This document shows, one piece after another, positions 18,668 to 29,462 of a DNA stretch of 64,000 nt; the first letter of the stretch is position 1; every line of letters starts with the position of its first letter. Source of the stretch: Aquabacterium sp. (GTDB taxonomy: Bacteria > Pseudomonadota > Gammaproteobacteria > Burkholderiales > Burkholderiaceae_C). The notes under the pieces were generated by a model. The model ran no database searches, was not told the origin of the DNA, and was given only the letters and a program-made list of their open reading frames with translations. The stretch lies in the NCBI RefSeq assembly GCF_049317225.1, contig NZ_JBMOIR010000006.1, forward strand, positions 44,406 to 108,405, given 5' to 3'. The position numbers were made by a program, and so were the translations under genes.

Positions 18668-19288
18668 ATGCCGCCGTTACCCCCGATTACCCAGGCTCTG
18701 TTGTTGATCAACGTGGCCGTGTTCTGCCTGGACGAAGTGTTCGGGCACATGCTTTCCGTGTACTTTGCCTTGTGGCCCTTCGACAGCGGTCGGTTCATGC
18801 CTTGGCAGGTGATCAGCTACGCGTTCCTGCACGGCTCCTTCAGCCACATCTTTTTCAACATGATGGGCTTGTGGATGTTTGGGGCGGAACTGGAACGCAT
18901 CTGGGGCGGCCGACGTTACCTGTCGTTCCTGACGGCCAGTGTCTTGACCGCCGCTGCATGTCAGTTGCTGATGTCAGCGCTGGGCGGCTGGATCAACCCG
19001 ACCGTGGGTGCGTCGGGTGGCCTGTTTGGCCTGTTGCTGGCCTATGCCATGGTGTTTCCCACGCGAACCATCATGCCGCTGTTCCCCCCCATTCCAATGA
19101 AGGCCCGCACGTTTGTGGCCTTGTATGGTGGGCTGGAGTTGTTCTTGGGCGTGACAGGCACCGCGTCTGGCGTGGCGCACTTTGCCCACTTGGGGGGCAT
19201 GCTGGGCGGCTGGCTGATGATTCGCTACTGGCGTGGCCAACCGCCGTTTTCTTCAGGCCGCAACCGCGGAGGCGGTTGGCGCGCCTGA
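18668..19288 (+). CDS. Rhomboid-family intramembrane serine protease
   Basis: The 206-aa polytopic protein has the catalytic GASGG motif (VGASGGLFGLL) and a downstream HLGG histidine. Confidence 0.85.
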   Translation: MPPLPPITQALLLINVAVFCLDEVFGHMLSVYFALWPFDSGRFMPWQVISYAFLHGSFSHIFFNMMGLWMFGAELERIWGGRRYLSFLTASVLTAAACQLLMSALGGWINPTVGASGGLFGLLLAYAMVFPTRTIMPLFPPIPMKARTFVALYGGLELFLGVTGTASGVAHFAHLGGMLGGWLMIRYWRGQPPFSSGRNRGGGWRA

Positions 19289-19289
19289 T

Positions 19290-20426
19290 TCATTGACCAG
19301 CATCCAGCGCTGTCAACGCTTGATCGAGGTGCGCAACGGTGCGCTGCACGTTATGCCACTTCTCAAGACCAAAGAGGCCCACACGGAAGGTGCGGAAGTC
19401 GGGCGGCTCGTCGCACTGCAGCGGCACCCCTGCAGCCGTTTGCAACCCCAGTGCCAGGAATTTCTTGCTGGACTGAATGTCCGGGTCGGTGGTGTAACTC
19501 ACCACCACACCGGGTGCCTGAAACCCCTCGGCAGCCACGCTGGGATAGCCGTGGCGCACCATCAAAGCACGCACCGACTGGCCCAGTTCGATTTGCTCGG
19601 CACGCACCTTGTCGTACCCGTAGGCCTCGGTTTCAACCATCACCTCGCGCAGACGGGCCAAGGCATCGGTGGGCATGGTGGAGTGGTACGCATGCCCCCC
19701 CCCCTCGTAGGTTTCCATGATCTGCAGCCACTTCTTCAGATCCATGGCAAAGGTGGTGCTTTGGGTTCCGTCGATGGCCTGGCGGGCGCGCTCACTGAAC
19801 ATCACCATGGCGCAACAGGGTGAGCTGCTCCAGCCCTTTTGTGGCGCAGAGATGAGGATGTCCACGCCCGTGGCTTGCATATCGACCCACATGGCACCCG
19901 AGGCGATACAGTCGAGCACGAACAGCCCCCCCACGGCGTGCACGGCGTCGGCCACGGCCTTGAGGTAGTCATCGGGCAGGATCATGCCAGCGGCAGTTTC
20001 CACATGGGGGGCAAACACCAGGGCAGGTTTTTCGCGCGCGATGGTCGCCACCACTTCGTCGATCGGTGCCGGGACCCAAGGGGCCTGAGCTGCCTCGCCC
20101 GTGCGACGGGCCTTGAGCACCGTGTGGCTGGCCGGGATCTGCCCCATGTCGAAGATCTGAGTCCAGCGATAGCTGAACCAGCCATTGCGAATCACCAACA
20201 CATGCTTGCCGTGGGCAAACTGGCGAGCCACAGATTCCATACCGAACGTACCGCTACCTGGCACCAAGGCCACGGCATGCGCGTTGTAGACGCGCTTGAG
20301 CATGGCCGAGATGTCGGTCATCACGCCCTGGAAACGCTTGGACATGTGATTGAGCGCACGGTCGGTGTAAACGACCGAGAACTCGAGCAGACCGTCGGGA
20401 TCGATGTTGGAAAGCAGGCCGGGCAT
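19290..20426 (-). CDS. Class V (PLP) aminotransferase, alanine/serine--glyoxylate aminotransferase-like
   Basis: The fold-type I class V signature is present, with the PLP lysine in SAPQKGW. I chose the ATG at 20426 (MPGLLSN...); the track ORF begins at a TTG at 20447. The substrate cannot be assigned from sequence alone. Confidence 0.75.
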   Translation of the reverse strand: MPGLLSNIDPDGLLEFSVVYTDRALNHMSKRFQGVMTDISAMLKRVYNAHAVALVPGSGTFGMESVARQFAHGKHVLVIRNGWFSYRWTQIFDMGQIPASHTVLKARRTGEAAQAPWVPAPIDEVVATIAREKPALVFAPHVETAAGMILPDDYLKAVADAVHAVGGLFVLDCIASGAMWVDMQATGVDILISAPQKGWSSSPCCAMVMFSERARQAIDGTQSTTFAMDLKKWLQIMETYEGGGHAYHSTMPTDALARLREVMVETEAYGYDKVRAEQIELGQSVRALMVRHGYPSVAAEGFQAPGVVVSYTTDPDIQSSKKFLALGLQTAAGVPLQCDEPPDFRTFRVGLFGLEKWHNVQRTVAHLDQALTALDAGQ

Positions 20427-20534
20427 AGGGTCTTCAAACAAAGTCAATGTTTGAGCCAGCGTAGCACAGGGCTGGATCCGAGCCGGGTGAGGCCTTACCC
20501 CACCCTGCCCCGTTTGGGGAAAAGCTGCGTCAGA

Positions 20535-21071
20535 TCAAGCGCCCTGACGCACGCGACGCAGCTCATCGAGAATCAGCAAAAGTGCCCCGATGGTGATGCC
20601 GCAATCGGCCACATTGAACGCGGGAAAGTGACCGCCCGGGAACGTGGGCGACAGGAATGCCCAATGGAAGTCCAGAAAGTCCACCACATAGCCATGGACC
20701 AAACGGTCGATGACGTTGCCCAGCGCCCCCCCAAGGATCAGCGACAGCGCCCAGGCGAAAAGCCTTTGCCCGCCGTGCTGCCGCAGCATGTACACGATGA
20801 AGCCGGTCGCAGCGAAGCCCAGGCCGACGAAGAACCAGCGCTGCCACCCTCCGGCTTGGGCCAGGAAGGAAAAGGCTGCACCGGTGTTGTGGGCCCGCAC
20901 AATGTTGAAGAAGGACCAGACCTCACGGCTGTCGCCATGCTGCATCCAGCCCACGATCAACACCTTGGTGAACTGGTCCAGCAAGATGACGATGAAGGCA
21001 ATGCCCAGCCAGGGCAACACCCCCTGGCTGCTGCCGCGCCCGGCGGCGACCGGGGACTTCTTGGTGGCCAT
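20535..21071 (-). CDS. lspA: Lipoprotein signal peptidase II
   Basis: The 178-aa product has the [11 protein letters not shown] and FNVAD motifs and lies downstream of ileS. Confidence 0.9.
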   Translation of the reverse strand: MATKKSPVAAGRGSSQGVLPWLGIAFIVILLDQFTKVLIVGWMQHGDSREVWSFFNIVRAHNTGAAFSFLAQAGGWQRWFFVGLGFAATGFIVYMLRQHGGQRLFAWALSLILGGALGNVIDRLVHGYVVDFLDFHWAFLSPTFPGGHFPAFNVADCGITIGALLLILDELRRVRQGA

Positions 21072-23992
21072 CAGGCGTGCTCGCGGTGTTCACCGTCACC
21101 ATGCAGGTTGCTGTCGCAACGGCCGCACAAGGTGGGGTGCTCGGGGTTGACGCCCACGTCGTCACGGTAGTGCCAGCAGCGCTCGCACTTAACGGCCTTG
21201 GAGGGGTTGACCTCGATTTGCGTACTGTGGCCTTCGGCCAATTCGACGCTGGAGACGATGAGCACGAACTTCAGGTCATCGCCCAGGCTGCGCAGATCGG
21301 CCAGCAGACGTGCATCATCGCCATTGATGGTGACGAACAGGTTGGCCTGCAGCGAGGCGCCCACTTCGCCGCGGGTGCGCACTTCCTCGATCTGACGGTT
21401 GACCTCTTCGCGGAAGGCACGGATGCGAGACCACTTGGCCAGCAGTTCGGTGTCCTTGTCGGCCTCGTGGAAGTCCCAGTAGGTTTCGGTGAAGATCGTT
21501 TCACCGCCGTTGAAGATCTTCCACGCCTCTTCGGCGGTGAAGCTCAGGAACGGGGCCATCCAGCGCAACATGCCGTTCGTGATGTGCCACAGCGCCGTTT
21601 GGGCGGCGCGGCGGGCCTTGCTGTTGGCGCCACTTGTGTAGAGGCGATCCTTGAGGATGTCGAGGTAGAAGGCACCGAGGTCTTCGGAGCAGTACACCTG
21701 CAGCTTGGCCACCACGGGGTGGAACTCGTAGCGCTCGTAGTGAGCGAGGATGTCTTCCTGCAACTGCGAGGCACGGGCCAGCGCATAGCGGTCGATTTCC
21801 AGCAACTCGTTGAGCGGCACGGCATCCGTTTCAGGATGGAAGTCGGACGTGTTGGCCAGCAGGAAGCGCAGGGTGTTGCGGATGCGACGATAGCCGTCGA
21901 CCACGCGGGCCAGGATCTTGTCATCGATGCCCAAGTCACCGGAATAGTCGGTGGACGCCGCCCACAGACGGATGATTTCGGCGCCCATCTTGCCAGACAC
22001 CTCTTGCGGCGCCACGACGTTGCCCACGGACTTGGACATCTTGCGGCCTTGGCCGTCGACAGTGAAGCCGTGGGTCAGCAGACCCTTGTAGGGCGCACGG
22101 CCGTAGATGGCGCAGGCGGCCAGCAAGGAGCTATGGAACCAACCACGGTGCTGGTCATGGCCTTCCAGGTACAGATCTGCCTCGGGGCCTTCGTGGTGCC
22201 CCGCGTTGGTGTGGCTGCCGTTTTGAGCGTTGAGCACGTGGAAGAAGGTCGTGCCCGAGTCAAACCAGACATCCAGGATGTCGGTGGACTTGCTGTACTC
22301 AGCTGCCTCAGCGCCGAGCCATGTGGCCGGATCCAGCTTGGCCCAGGCTTCTACGCCGCCTTGTTGAACCAGGTCAGCGGCCTGGTCCATCAGCGCAAGC
22401 GTGTTGGGGTGCAACTCGCCCGTCACCTTGTGCAGGAAGAATGGCAGTGGCACACCCCAGTTGCGTTGACGGCTGATGCACCAGTCCGGACGGTTGGCGA
22501 TCATGTCACGCAGGCGCGCACGGCCATTTTCCGGGTAGAAGGTGGTCTGGTCGATGGCGTCCAGCGCAGTTTGGCGCAGGGTCTTCTCGGCCTTGTTGAC
22601 GGTGAAGACGCCCTCGCCTTCGTCCATGCGCACGAACCACTGGGCGGCGGCACGGAAGATGACCGGGGTCTTGTGGCGCCAGCAGTGCGGATAGCTGTGC
22701 ACGATGTCCTTGGTGGCCAGCAGGCGACCGTGCTCACGCAAGGTTTCCAGCACCACGGGTGCGGCCTTCCAGATGTGCTGGCCGCCAAACAACGGCAGAT
22801 CGGCTTCGTAGACGCCGTTACCTTGCACGGGGTTGAGGATGTCGTCGAACTTCAGGCCGTGCGCGATGCAGGAGTTGAAGTCGTCCACACCGTAGGCGGG
22901 GGCCGCGTGCACGATGCCAGTGCCGTCTTCGGCGCTGACGTACTCGGCCAGGTAAACAGGGGCTTCGCGGTTGTAGCCTTCGTGCACATGGGCCAGCGGA
23001 TGCTTGAACTTCAGGCCTTCCAGCTTGGCACCCACGGTGGTGGCGATGACCTTGCAATCGTCCGCTTCGAAGCCGTAGCGGGCCACGGCCTTTTCCACCA
23101 GCGATTCTGCGAGCACCAGCAGGCCCTTGGGGGTGTCGACCAGAGCGTAGTTCAGCTCAGCATGAACGTTCAAGGCCTGGTTGGCGGGAATGGTCCACGC
23201 GGTGGTGGTCCAGATCACGGCAAAGGCGTCCTTCGTCAGCTCGCTCAGGCCGAAGGCCGTCGCCAGCTTGGCAGGCTCGGCGCTCAGGAAGGCCACGTCC
23301 AGCGTCTGGGACTTCTTGTCCATGTACTCGATTTCGAACTCGGCCAGCGATGAGCCGCAGTCGAAGCACCAGTAGACGGGCTTGAGACCGCGGTAGACGT
23401 AGCCACGCTCCATGATCTTCTTGAGCGCGCGGATTTCGTTGGCTTCGTTGCCGAAGTCCATGGTGCGATAGGGATGCGCCCAGTCGGCCAACACGCCCAG
23501 GCGCTTGAAGTCGGTTCGTTGGCCGTCGATCTGCTCGGCTGCATAGACGCGGGCCTTGGCCTGCACGTCGTCGCGGCTCAGATTGCGGCCAAAGGTCTTC
23601 TCGATCTGGTTTTCGATGGGCAGACCGTGGCAGTCCCAACCCGGCACATAGATCGCGTCCATGCCCTTGAGCTGGCGCGCCTTGACGATCATGTCCTTGA
23701 GGATCTTGTTGACCGCGTGACCAATGTGAATGTTGCCGTTGGCGTAGGGGGGGCCGTCGTGCAACACGAACTTCGGCGCACCTTGACGGGCCGCACGCAG
23801 CTTGTCGTACAGGCCATTTTGCTCCCACTCGGCCACCCAGCCTGGTTCACGCTTGGGCAGATCCCCCCGCATTGGGAAGGGGGTGTCCGGCATGTTCAGC
23901 GTGGCACGGTACTTGGACTCGGGCACCGACTCTGCAGGTTTGGCACCGCCCTTTTTGGCGTTAGCAGGCTTGGCGTTCTGGTCTTGGCTCAT
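21071..23992 (-). CDS. ileS: Isoleucine--tRNA ligase
   Basis: The 973-aa product has HIGH ([11 protein letters not shown]), KMSKS and a C-terminal Zn-finger (CxxC...CGRC). Confidence 0.95.
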   Translation of the reverse strand: MSQDQNAKPANAKKGGAKPAESVPESKYRATLNMPDTPFPMRGDLPKREPGWVAEWEQNGLYDKLRAARQGAPKFVLHDGPPYANGNIHIGHAVNKILKDMIVKARQLKGMDAIYVPGWDCHGLPIENQIEKTFGRNLSRDDVQAKARVYAAEQIDGQRTDFKRLGVLADWAHPYRTMDFGNEANEIRALKKIMERGYVYRGLKPVYWCFDCGSSLAEFEIEYMDKKSQTLDVAFLSAEPAKLATAFGLSELTKDAFAVIWTTTAWTIPANQALNVHAELNYALVDTPKGLLVLAESLVEKAVARYGFEADDCKVIATTVGAKLEGLKFKHPLAHVHEGYNREAPVYLAEYVSAEDGTGIVHAAPAYGVDDFNSCIAHGLKFDDILNPVQGNGVYEADLPLFGGQHIWKAAPVVLETLREHGRLLATKDIVHSYPHCWRHKTPVIFRAAAQWFVRMDEGEGVFTVNKAEKTLRQTALDAIDQTTFYPENGRARLRDMIANRPDWCISRQRNWGVPLPFFLHKVTGELHPNTLALMDQAADLVQQGGVEAWAKLDPATWLGAEAAEYSKSTDILDVWFDSGTTFFHVLNAQNGSHTNAGHHEGPEADLYLEGHDQHRGWFHSSLLAACAIYGRAPYKGLLTHGFTVDGQGRKMSKSVGNVVAPQEVSGKMGAEIIRLWAASTDYSGDLGIDDKILARVVDGYRRIRNTLRFLLANTSDFHPETDAVPLNELLEIDRYALARASQLQEDILAHYERYEFHPVVAKLQVYCSEDLGAFYLDILKDRLYTSGANSKARRAAQTALWHITNGMLRWMAPFLSFTAEEAWKIFNGGETIFTETYWDFHEADKDTELLAKWSRIRAFREEVNRQIEEVRTRGEVGASLQANLFVTINGDDARLLADLRSLGDDLKFVLIVSSVELAEGHSTQIEVNPSKAVKCERCWHYRDDVGVNPEHPTLCGRCDSNLHGDGEHREHA

Positions 23993-24009
23993 GGGGCTCA
24001 GGGTTCGGC

Positions 24010-24981
24010 TTAGGCGCCGCGCCGCTGAGCCTCGAAAAACCCGCGCGCGTCGGCAATGTCTTGGTGGATAGCGGCCTGCAAGGCCTCCAGGCCGTCATAT
24101 CGGGCCTCGTCTCGCAACTTGTGCAAGAGCTCTACGCGCACGATTTTACCGTAGCCCCCTTCTTTCCCGAGATGGGTCGGCCAATCGAAGCAATGAACCT
24201 CCAGCAACACGCGTCCGGCGTCTTCCACCGTGGGGCGCACACCCAGGCTGGCCACCCCTTCCAGGGGGTGCTCGGACAAGCCGTGCGTACGGACCACAAA
24301 AATGCCTGTGGTGGCAGGTTTTTCGTGCCCGAAGCGTACATTGAGCGTGCGGCAATCCAGACTGCGTCCCAGCTTGGCGCCGTGGATGACGTGGCCACTG
24401 ATGGTGTACGGACGCCCCAGCAGACGCTCGACTTGCGGCATGTCGCCACCCGCCAGCGCATCGCGCACCACCGACGACGAGACCCGCAGGCCATGGACCT
24501 CGTAGCTCATCATGCGCGCGACGTCAAAACCCTGGCGGCTGCCTTCAGCGTCCAGCAGATCGTAGTCGCCCGCACGCTTGGCACCAAACTTGAAGTCATC
24601 GCCCACCAGAACGTAGCGAGCGTTCAGACCTCGCACCAGCACGTCATCGATGAATGCCTGCGGTGTCAGGCTGGCCACGCGTTGGTCAAACGGCAACACG
24701 ACCACCTGATCAATGCCGCAGCGCTCCAGTTCGGACAGTTTGTCACGCAAAGTAGCGATGCGGGCGGGCGCCAGGTCTGTCTTGCCGGTCAGCGCAGCGA
24801 AGTAGTCCCGGGGATGCGGCTCGAAAGTCAGGACGGTGGTCGGCAACCGGCGGTGCTGCGCTTCATTGCGCAATAGCGCCAGCATGGCCTGGTGGCCACG
24901 GTGGACGCCATCGAAATTGCCGATGGTCAGCGCGCAGGCCGGTGCCAGCGCCGCGTGGTGAAAACCGCGAAAGACTTGCAT
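24010..24981 (-). CDS. ribF: Bifunctional riboflavin kinase / FMN adenylyltransferase
   Basis: The 323-aa product has the [10 protein letters not shown] motif and sits in the ribF-ileS-lspA arrangement. Confidence 0.92.
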   Translation of the reverse strand: MQVFRGFHHAALAPACALTIGNFDGVHRGHQAMLALLRNEAQHRRLPTTVLTFEPHPRDYFAALTGKTDLAPARIATLRDKLSELERCGIDQVVVLPFDQRVASLTPQAFIDDVLVRGLNARYVLVGDDFKFGAKRAGDYDLLDAEGSRQGFDVARMMSYEVHGLRVSSSVVRDALAGGDMPQVERLLGRPYTISGHVIHGAKLGRSLDCRTLNVRFGHEKPATTGIFVVRTHGLSEHPLEGVASLGVRPTVEDAGRVLLEVHCFDWPTHLGKEGGYGKIVRVELLHKLRDEARYDGLEALQAAIHQDIADARGFFEAQRRGA

Positions 24982-25136
24982 GGGGACAGATTATCCCCCC
25001 GCACGAAGTAACCAGAAGTGCGCAACCTTGCCCACTGTTTGCCGCATCGAAAGCAAAAGCTTTCTGTCAACATTGGCACACTAGCAAGTGAAAGCCGGCT
25101 AAGTTGCTGACTTGCCTCCAAAACTTTTGGGAACCC

Positions 25137-27500
25137 ATGCGGATCAGGCGTTTGTCCATATCGCTGCCAGTGAGGCTCGTTTTACCGACCCTGGCGCTGT
25201 TGATCACCTTGATCGCAGGCACAGTCCTGATCCTGCAACATCACGGCCATCACGCCGATGAATTGCATGCTCGAATGCAATTGCAGTCGGGCGAACAAGC
25301 GCTGAAGCTGTTGCTATCGGCCCAGGCTAACCGCCTTGAAATGCTGGCAAATCGGAGTGAATCCGCGACGGTTGAGCCAAGCGTGTGGCGAGGTTGGCTG
25401 GCCAAAGATCTGACACCTTTGACGGATTTCCCCAGCGAGGCTCAAGACGTGTTGATCACTTGGCGTCGCACGGGCACGCCTCAGCCACCAGCACAAGGCA
25501 TCACCACACCCTTGGTCGTCAAAGGCAAGTTGTACCTGCTGTGGGCGCGCAATGAAATCTTGAGCAATGACGGCAGGCCGGTGGTGCACGTGGCCATGAC
25601 CTCCATCCAGCCTGCGCTCAATGACGTGCTGCAAGGCTGGCCGAACGTTGAGGTACACCTGATTACCCAAGACGGCCCACAAGGTAACTGGAGCCGCATG
25701 CCTGCACATGTCAGCACCCCCATGACGCCCAGCGCGCTAACCGATCTGCCAGCCGACATGCAGACCTGGCTGACGACCCCCTCGGCCGAGCACCCGAAGG
25801 AATTGGACGGTGACTCGGTAGCCGATGAGGACTTGCGTTTCGATCTGCCAACGGCACCAGGGGCCAGTCGCATCGTGATGTGGTTGCACACCGCGTCCAG
25901 CATTGACCTACCGAAGTGGCGAGATGCGACCCTTCAGATCTCGGCCCTGCTGGTTGCCGGCGTCGCCATCCTCTCCTTTTTTCTGTGGCGCGAGGCGGCC
26001 TACATCCGAAGCGGATTGGTTCGGCTCAGCAACTGGGCACACCAAGCAACCAAAGATGAGTTTCCGGAGGTCCCTGCCATTCGGGGCGCCTCCGAGATGA
26101 AACGATTGACCGCGCTGCTGACGCGTCTGAGCAACTATTACCAGGAGCGCGAAGCAGAAATCCGTCAAACGGCGTTCCGCGACTCCCTGACCCACCTCCC
26201 CAATCGCGCCTACTTCCGGATGCGTCTGAGCAAGGACATCCGTGAAACCCAACGCAAGAACCGCTCTGGCGCCTTGCTGACACTCGACATCCAGCGGTTC
26301 AAGCAAGTCAACGTGGTGCTGGGACAGGCATCCGGCGACCTGCTGTTGCGAAAGGTGGGGCAGCGTCTTGCCAGCACGCTGCCCGACAAGCGCTGCATGC
26401 TGGGCCGCACGGGAGGCAATCAGTTCAGTTGCCTGATCCCCTACTGCGATGAAGCCAACGCCTTGAAAATGGCGCAGCGCTTGCTTCGCGCCATGGATGA
26501 ACCGTTTGACATTGAGGGGCAAGCCATTGACTTGATGGCGCAAGTCGGCTTGGCCTTGTTCCCGCGTGATGGCGTCAATGCTGACGAGGTGCTCTCCCAC
26601 TCCGAGGCAGCTTTGACGTCTGCGCGCAAGCAGTTCCAGCCCGTGCAGATTTACGACCCGAGCATGGAGACCGGCGCGGAATCATCGCTCACGCTGCTCA
26701 CCGAACTGAAGCAGGCATTGGAGGGCAATGAGTTCAAGCTCTACCTGCAACCCAAGATCAAGCTGGGCACCAAGGAAGTCATTGGTGCGGAGGCGCTGAT
26801 CCGCTGGCCGCATGCCAGTCGCGGCATGGTGCCACCCGATCGCTTCATCCCATTTGCCGAGCAGACAGGCTTCATCCGCGCCTTGAGTTTGTGGGTCGTC
26901 GAGCAAACGGCCATGACCTGGAAACAACTGCACTTGGCCGGTCTGGACATGAAGTTGTCCGTCAATCTGTCGACACGAGACCTGATCGACAAAGAGTTGC
27001 CGCAAAAGCTTCAAGCGATCGCTGTGCGACACGGTGTACGCCGTGGCTCCATCGTCCTCGAAATCACCGAGAGCGCCACCATGGAGGATCCGCAGCACGC
27101 GCAGCAGATCCTGACACGTTTGCACGACATGGGGTTCCTGTTGTCGATTGATGATTTTGGAACCGGCTATTCGTCTCTGGCTTATCTCAAGACGCTGCCC
27201 GTGCAGGAATTGAAGATCGATCGGTCATTCGTGATGAACATGGAGAACGACCTCAACGACGCCATGATCGTGCGCTCCACCATCGATCTGGCCCACAACT
27301 TGGGCATGACCGTGGTGGCGGAAGGGCTGGAGTCAGACAAAGGCTGGAAGATTCTGGATGGCCTGCGCTGCGACGAGGCGCAGGGCTACTTCATCAGTCG
27401 CCCCATGCCGGCCGAAGAGTTTGCAGACTGGGTCCATGAATGGACCGCGCCCAACGTTCAGAACGTCAGGCTCGATACCGACTTCAACAACATCATCTGA
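25137..27500 (+). CDS. Membrane sensor protein with a degenerate GGDEF domain and an intact EAL phosphodiesterase domain
   Basis: The site where GGDEF would be reads GGNQF (26412-26426). The EAL motifs are intact (EALIRW, DDFGTGYSSL, ELKIDRSF, QGYFISRP). There is an N-terminal TM helix followed by a periplasmic-type domain. I chose the ATG at 25137. Confidence 0.85.
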   Translation: MRIRRLSISLPVRLVLPTLALLITLIAGTVLILQHHGHHADELHARMQLQSGEQALKLLLSAQANRLEMLANRSESATVEPSVWRGWLAKDLTPLTDFPSEAQDVLITWRRTGTPQPPAQGITTPLVVKGKLYLLWARNEILSNDGRPVVHVAMTSIQPALNDVLQGWPNVEVHLITQDGPQGNWSRMPAHVSTPMTPSALTDLPADMQTWLTTPSAEHPKELDGDSVADEDLRFDLPTAPGASRIVMWLHTASSIDLPKWRDATLQISALLVAGVAILSFFLWREAAYIRSGLVRLSNWAHQATKDEFPEVPAIRGASEMKRLTALLTRLSNYYQEREAEIRQTAFRDSLTHLPNRAYFRMRLSKDIRETQRKNRSGALLTLDIQRFKQVNVVLGQASGDLLLRKVGQRLASTLPDKRCMLGRTGGNQFSCLIPYCDEANALKMAQRLLRAMDEPFDIEGQAIDLMAQVGLALFPRDGVNADEVLSHSEAALTSARKQFQPVQIYDPSMETGAESSLTLLTELKQALEGNEFKLYLQPKIKLGTKEVIGAEALIRWPHASRGMVPPDRFIPFAEQTGFIRALSLWVVEQTAMTWKQLHLAGLDMKLSVNLSTRDLIDKELPQKLQAIAVRHGVRRGSIVLEITESATMEDPQHAQQILTRLHDMGFLLSIDDFGTGYSSLAYLKTLPVQELKIDRSFVMNMENDLNDAMIVRSTIDLAHNLGMTVVAEGLESDKGWKILDGLRCDEAQGYFISRPMPAEEFADWVHEWTAPNVQNVRLDTDFNNII

Positions 27501-27512
27501 ACGCGACACGCC

Positions 27513-28250
27513 TCAGGGCAGCACGATGGCAGGGTCTTCGATCCAACGCCACTGCCCTGGCGCCATGTCCTCAGGCAGCGTCAGGCGACCAATTTGACTG
27601 CGGTGCAGCGCCTCGACGCGATTGCTCACTGCCGCGACCATGCGCTTGACTTGGTGATACTTGCCTTGCAACAAGGTCAGGCGAAGGTGCGTAGACTCGC
27701 CCTCCCCCACAATCTCGGCCGCATCGGCCTTGACGGGCAATGGATCGTCATCCAGCACCACGCCAGACAAGAGCTTCTGGCACATGGCTGGCGCGACGGG
27801 GTGTTTGCAGGTGACCTCATACACTTTGGGCACGTGATGCTTGGGTGACGTCAACTTGTGGAGCAAGGGGCCATCATCGGTCAACAACAGCAAGCCTGTC
27901 GTGTCCTGATCGAGTCGCCCAACAGGTTGCAGACCTCGCCTGCGCAAGGGGACGGGCAAGAGGTTGTGCACACCAGGCCACGCCCCGGGCTTGAGTGAAC
28001 ACTCATAGCCAGCCGGCTTGTACAGCATGATCAACGCCTTGACATGCGTCACCCATGGCTGTCCACCCACAACCAACTGCAAGCGGTCTTCGGGAAAGAC
28101 GGCATCAGGGTCATCCACCACCTCGCCGTTGACCTGGACCATCCCGTTGAGGACCAAGCCCTCACACACGCGACGCTCGCCAAAACCTTGTGCAAAGAGA
28201 ATCTGGTCCAGACATTCATGACCAGCGGGTAATCGGGGGCGTCGAGCCAT
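27513..28250 (-). CDS. rsuA: rRNA pseudouridine synthase, RsuA family (S4 domain plus catalytic domain)
   Basis: The catalytic motif GRLDQDTTGLLLLTDDG is present, with an N-terminal S4-like region, in a 245-aa product. The exact family member (rsuA, rluE or rluF) is not certain. Confidence 0.7.
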   Translation of the reverse strand: MARRPRLPAGHECLDQILFAQGFGERRVCEGLVLNGMVQVNGEVVDDPDAVFPEDRLQLVVGGQPWVTHVKALIMLYKPAGYECSLKPGAWPGVHNLLPVPLRRRGLQPVGRLDQDTTGLLLLTDDGPLLHKLTSPKHHVPKVYEVTCKHPVAPAMCQKLLSGVVLDDDPLPVKADAAEIVGEGESTHLRLTLLQGKYHQVKRMVAAVSNRVEALHRSQIGRLTLPEDMAPGQWRWIEDPAIVLP

Positions 28251-28263
28251 TCGGTTTCAATCT

Positions 28264-28917
28264 TCAAAAACGACGCTTGAGCGTCAAAGTGTCATTGTCG
28301 CGCTGCATCTGAAAGCGCTGCAAAAAGCTGTTTCCCAGCAGCACAAAAGGCATCGACATAGGCAAGATCGCGGCATCCACCTGGTTCACTTCCACGTTCT
28401 GTATGCGAACAGACGTCAGGGACAACTTCCAGCCCAACGCAGGCCCGTTGGCCGTACTGGTCTGAATGCGCTTGCCAGACTCGTAATTCAGACCCAGTCG
28501 CTTCGCCTCATCGACCCCCATCGAGATCAACGTGGCCCCCGTATCCACGACAAAGCGGGTACTCATGCCATTGATGGTGCCTTGCGCCAGGAAATGCCCG
28601 CCTTCCGCGGCCACCAGCACAATCTGGGCGCCACCGCTGCCCCCGCCGATGCTGACAGGCGCACCGCCCAGCAACACGGTCTGACGCTTGCCGGCCGTTT
28701 CAACCACCACGCGATCCGAGGTCACGCTCACCACCTTCACGCCCTGGTAGCTCTCACCGCCAGACAGGGCCTTGGGCGCCCCACCGTCAATGACCAACAG
28801 TGCCTTGCTGCCCATGGAGCCTGTCATGGCCACACTCTGTGCAAACGTTGACCCCAGAGCCAAAGCCAGCTGACTGCACACCAGCCACCGGAGCCAAACG
28901 AAATGCGATGAGTGCAT
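28264..28917 (-). CDS. Retropepsin-like (clan AA) aspartic protease, TIGR02281-like
   Basis: The FVVDTGATLISM motif (D-T-G) follows an N-terminal signal/TM region in a 217-aa product. Confidence 0.75.
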   Translation of the reverse strand: MHSSHFVWLRWLVCSQLALALGSTFAQSVAMTGSMGSKALLVIDGGAPKALSGGESYQGVKVVSVTSDRVVVETAGKRQTVLLGGAPVSIGGGSGGAQIVLVAAEGGHFLAQGTINGMSTRFVVDTGATLISMGVDEAKRLGLNYESGKRIQTSTANGPALGWKLSLTSVRIQNVEVNQVDAAILPMSMPFVLLGNSFLQRFQMQRDNDTLTLKRRF

Positions 28918-28935
28918 GAACAGACTCCGTGGTCA

Positions 28936-29427
28936 TCAATCGCGGAAGTTATCGAACGACAGCGGCACGTCGTCGATGTCTTTGCGCATCAGCGCCATGG
29001 CGGCCTGCAGGTCGTCGCGCTTGGTGCCTTGCACACGCACCACATCCCCCTGGATGCTGGCGGTGACTTTCATCTTGCTGTCCTTGATCAGCTTGACGAT
29101 TTTCTTGGCCAGATCGGATTCGATGCCAGCCTTGACGGTCAGCACCTGCTTGACCTTGTCGCCGCCGATCTTTTCGACCTTACCGATGTCCATGAAACGG
29201 ATGTCGACCTTTTGCTTGGTCAGCTTGCTGTAAAGCACGTCGCGGACCTGGTCGATCTGGAAATCGCTGTCACCGAAGACGGTGACCTGCTTGTCCTTCT
29301 TGTTGTACTCGACGGCGGCGCTGGTGCCCTTGAAATCGAAGCGGGTGCCGATCTCTTTGGACGTGGTGTCCACGGCGTTGCCGACGGCTTCCAGATTGGG
29401 ATCGAGCTTGGTATCAAAACTTGGCAT
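28936..29427 (-). CDS. yajQ: YajQ-family nucleotide / cyclic-di-GMP-binding protein
   Basis: The sequence [34 protein letters not shown]... is typical of the UPF0234/YajQ family. I chose the internal ATG at 29427. Confidence 0.88.
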   Translation of the reverse strand: MPSFDTKLDPNLEAVGNAVDTTSKEIGTRFDFKGTSAAVEYNKKDKQVTVFGDSDFQIDQVRDVLYSKLTKQKVDIRFMDIGKVEKIGGDKVKQVLTVKAGIESDLAKKIVKLIKDSKMKVTASIQGDVVRVQGTKRDDLQAAMALMRKDIDDVPLSFDNFRD

Positions 29428-29462
29428 GGGTGTTGTTCTCCTTTGTCTGCGAAAATTCTGCC

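Noticed and set aside
18616-19296. A 226-aa ORF overlaps the rhomboid gene in another plus-strand frame.
   Set aside because: The frame that starts at 18668 contains the rhomboid GASGG and His motifs and TM helices. The alternative frame is Arg/Pro/Gly-rich with no features.
21077-23353. A 758-aa ORF lies antisense to ileS.
   Set aside because: This is the same codon-register artefact. The product is low-complexity (V/A/G/H/Q-rich), while the sense strand encodes IleRS with HIGH and KMSKS motifs.
25074-25088. TGGCAC upstream of the GGDEF-EAL gene looked like a sigma54 -24 element.
   Set aside because: The required GC of the -12 element (TGGCAC-N5-TTGC) is missing. The sequence reads TGGCACACTAGCAAG, so the spacing and the -12 element do not fit.
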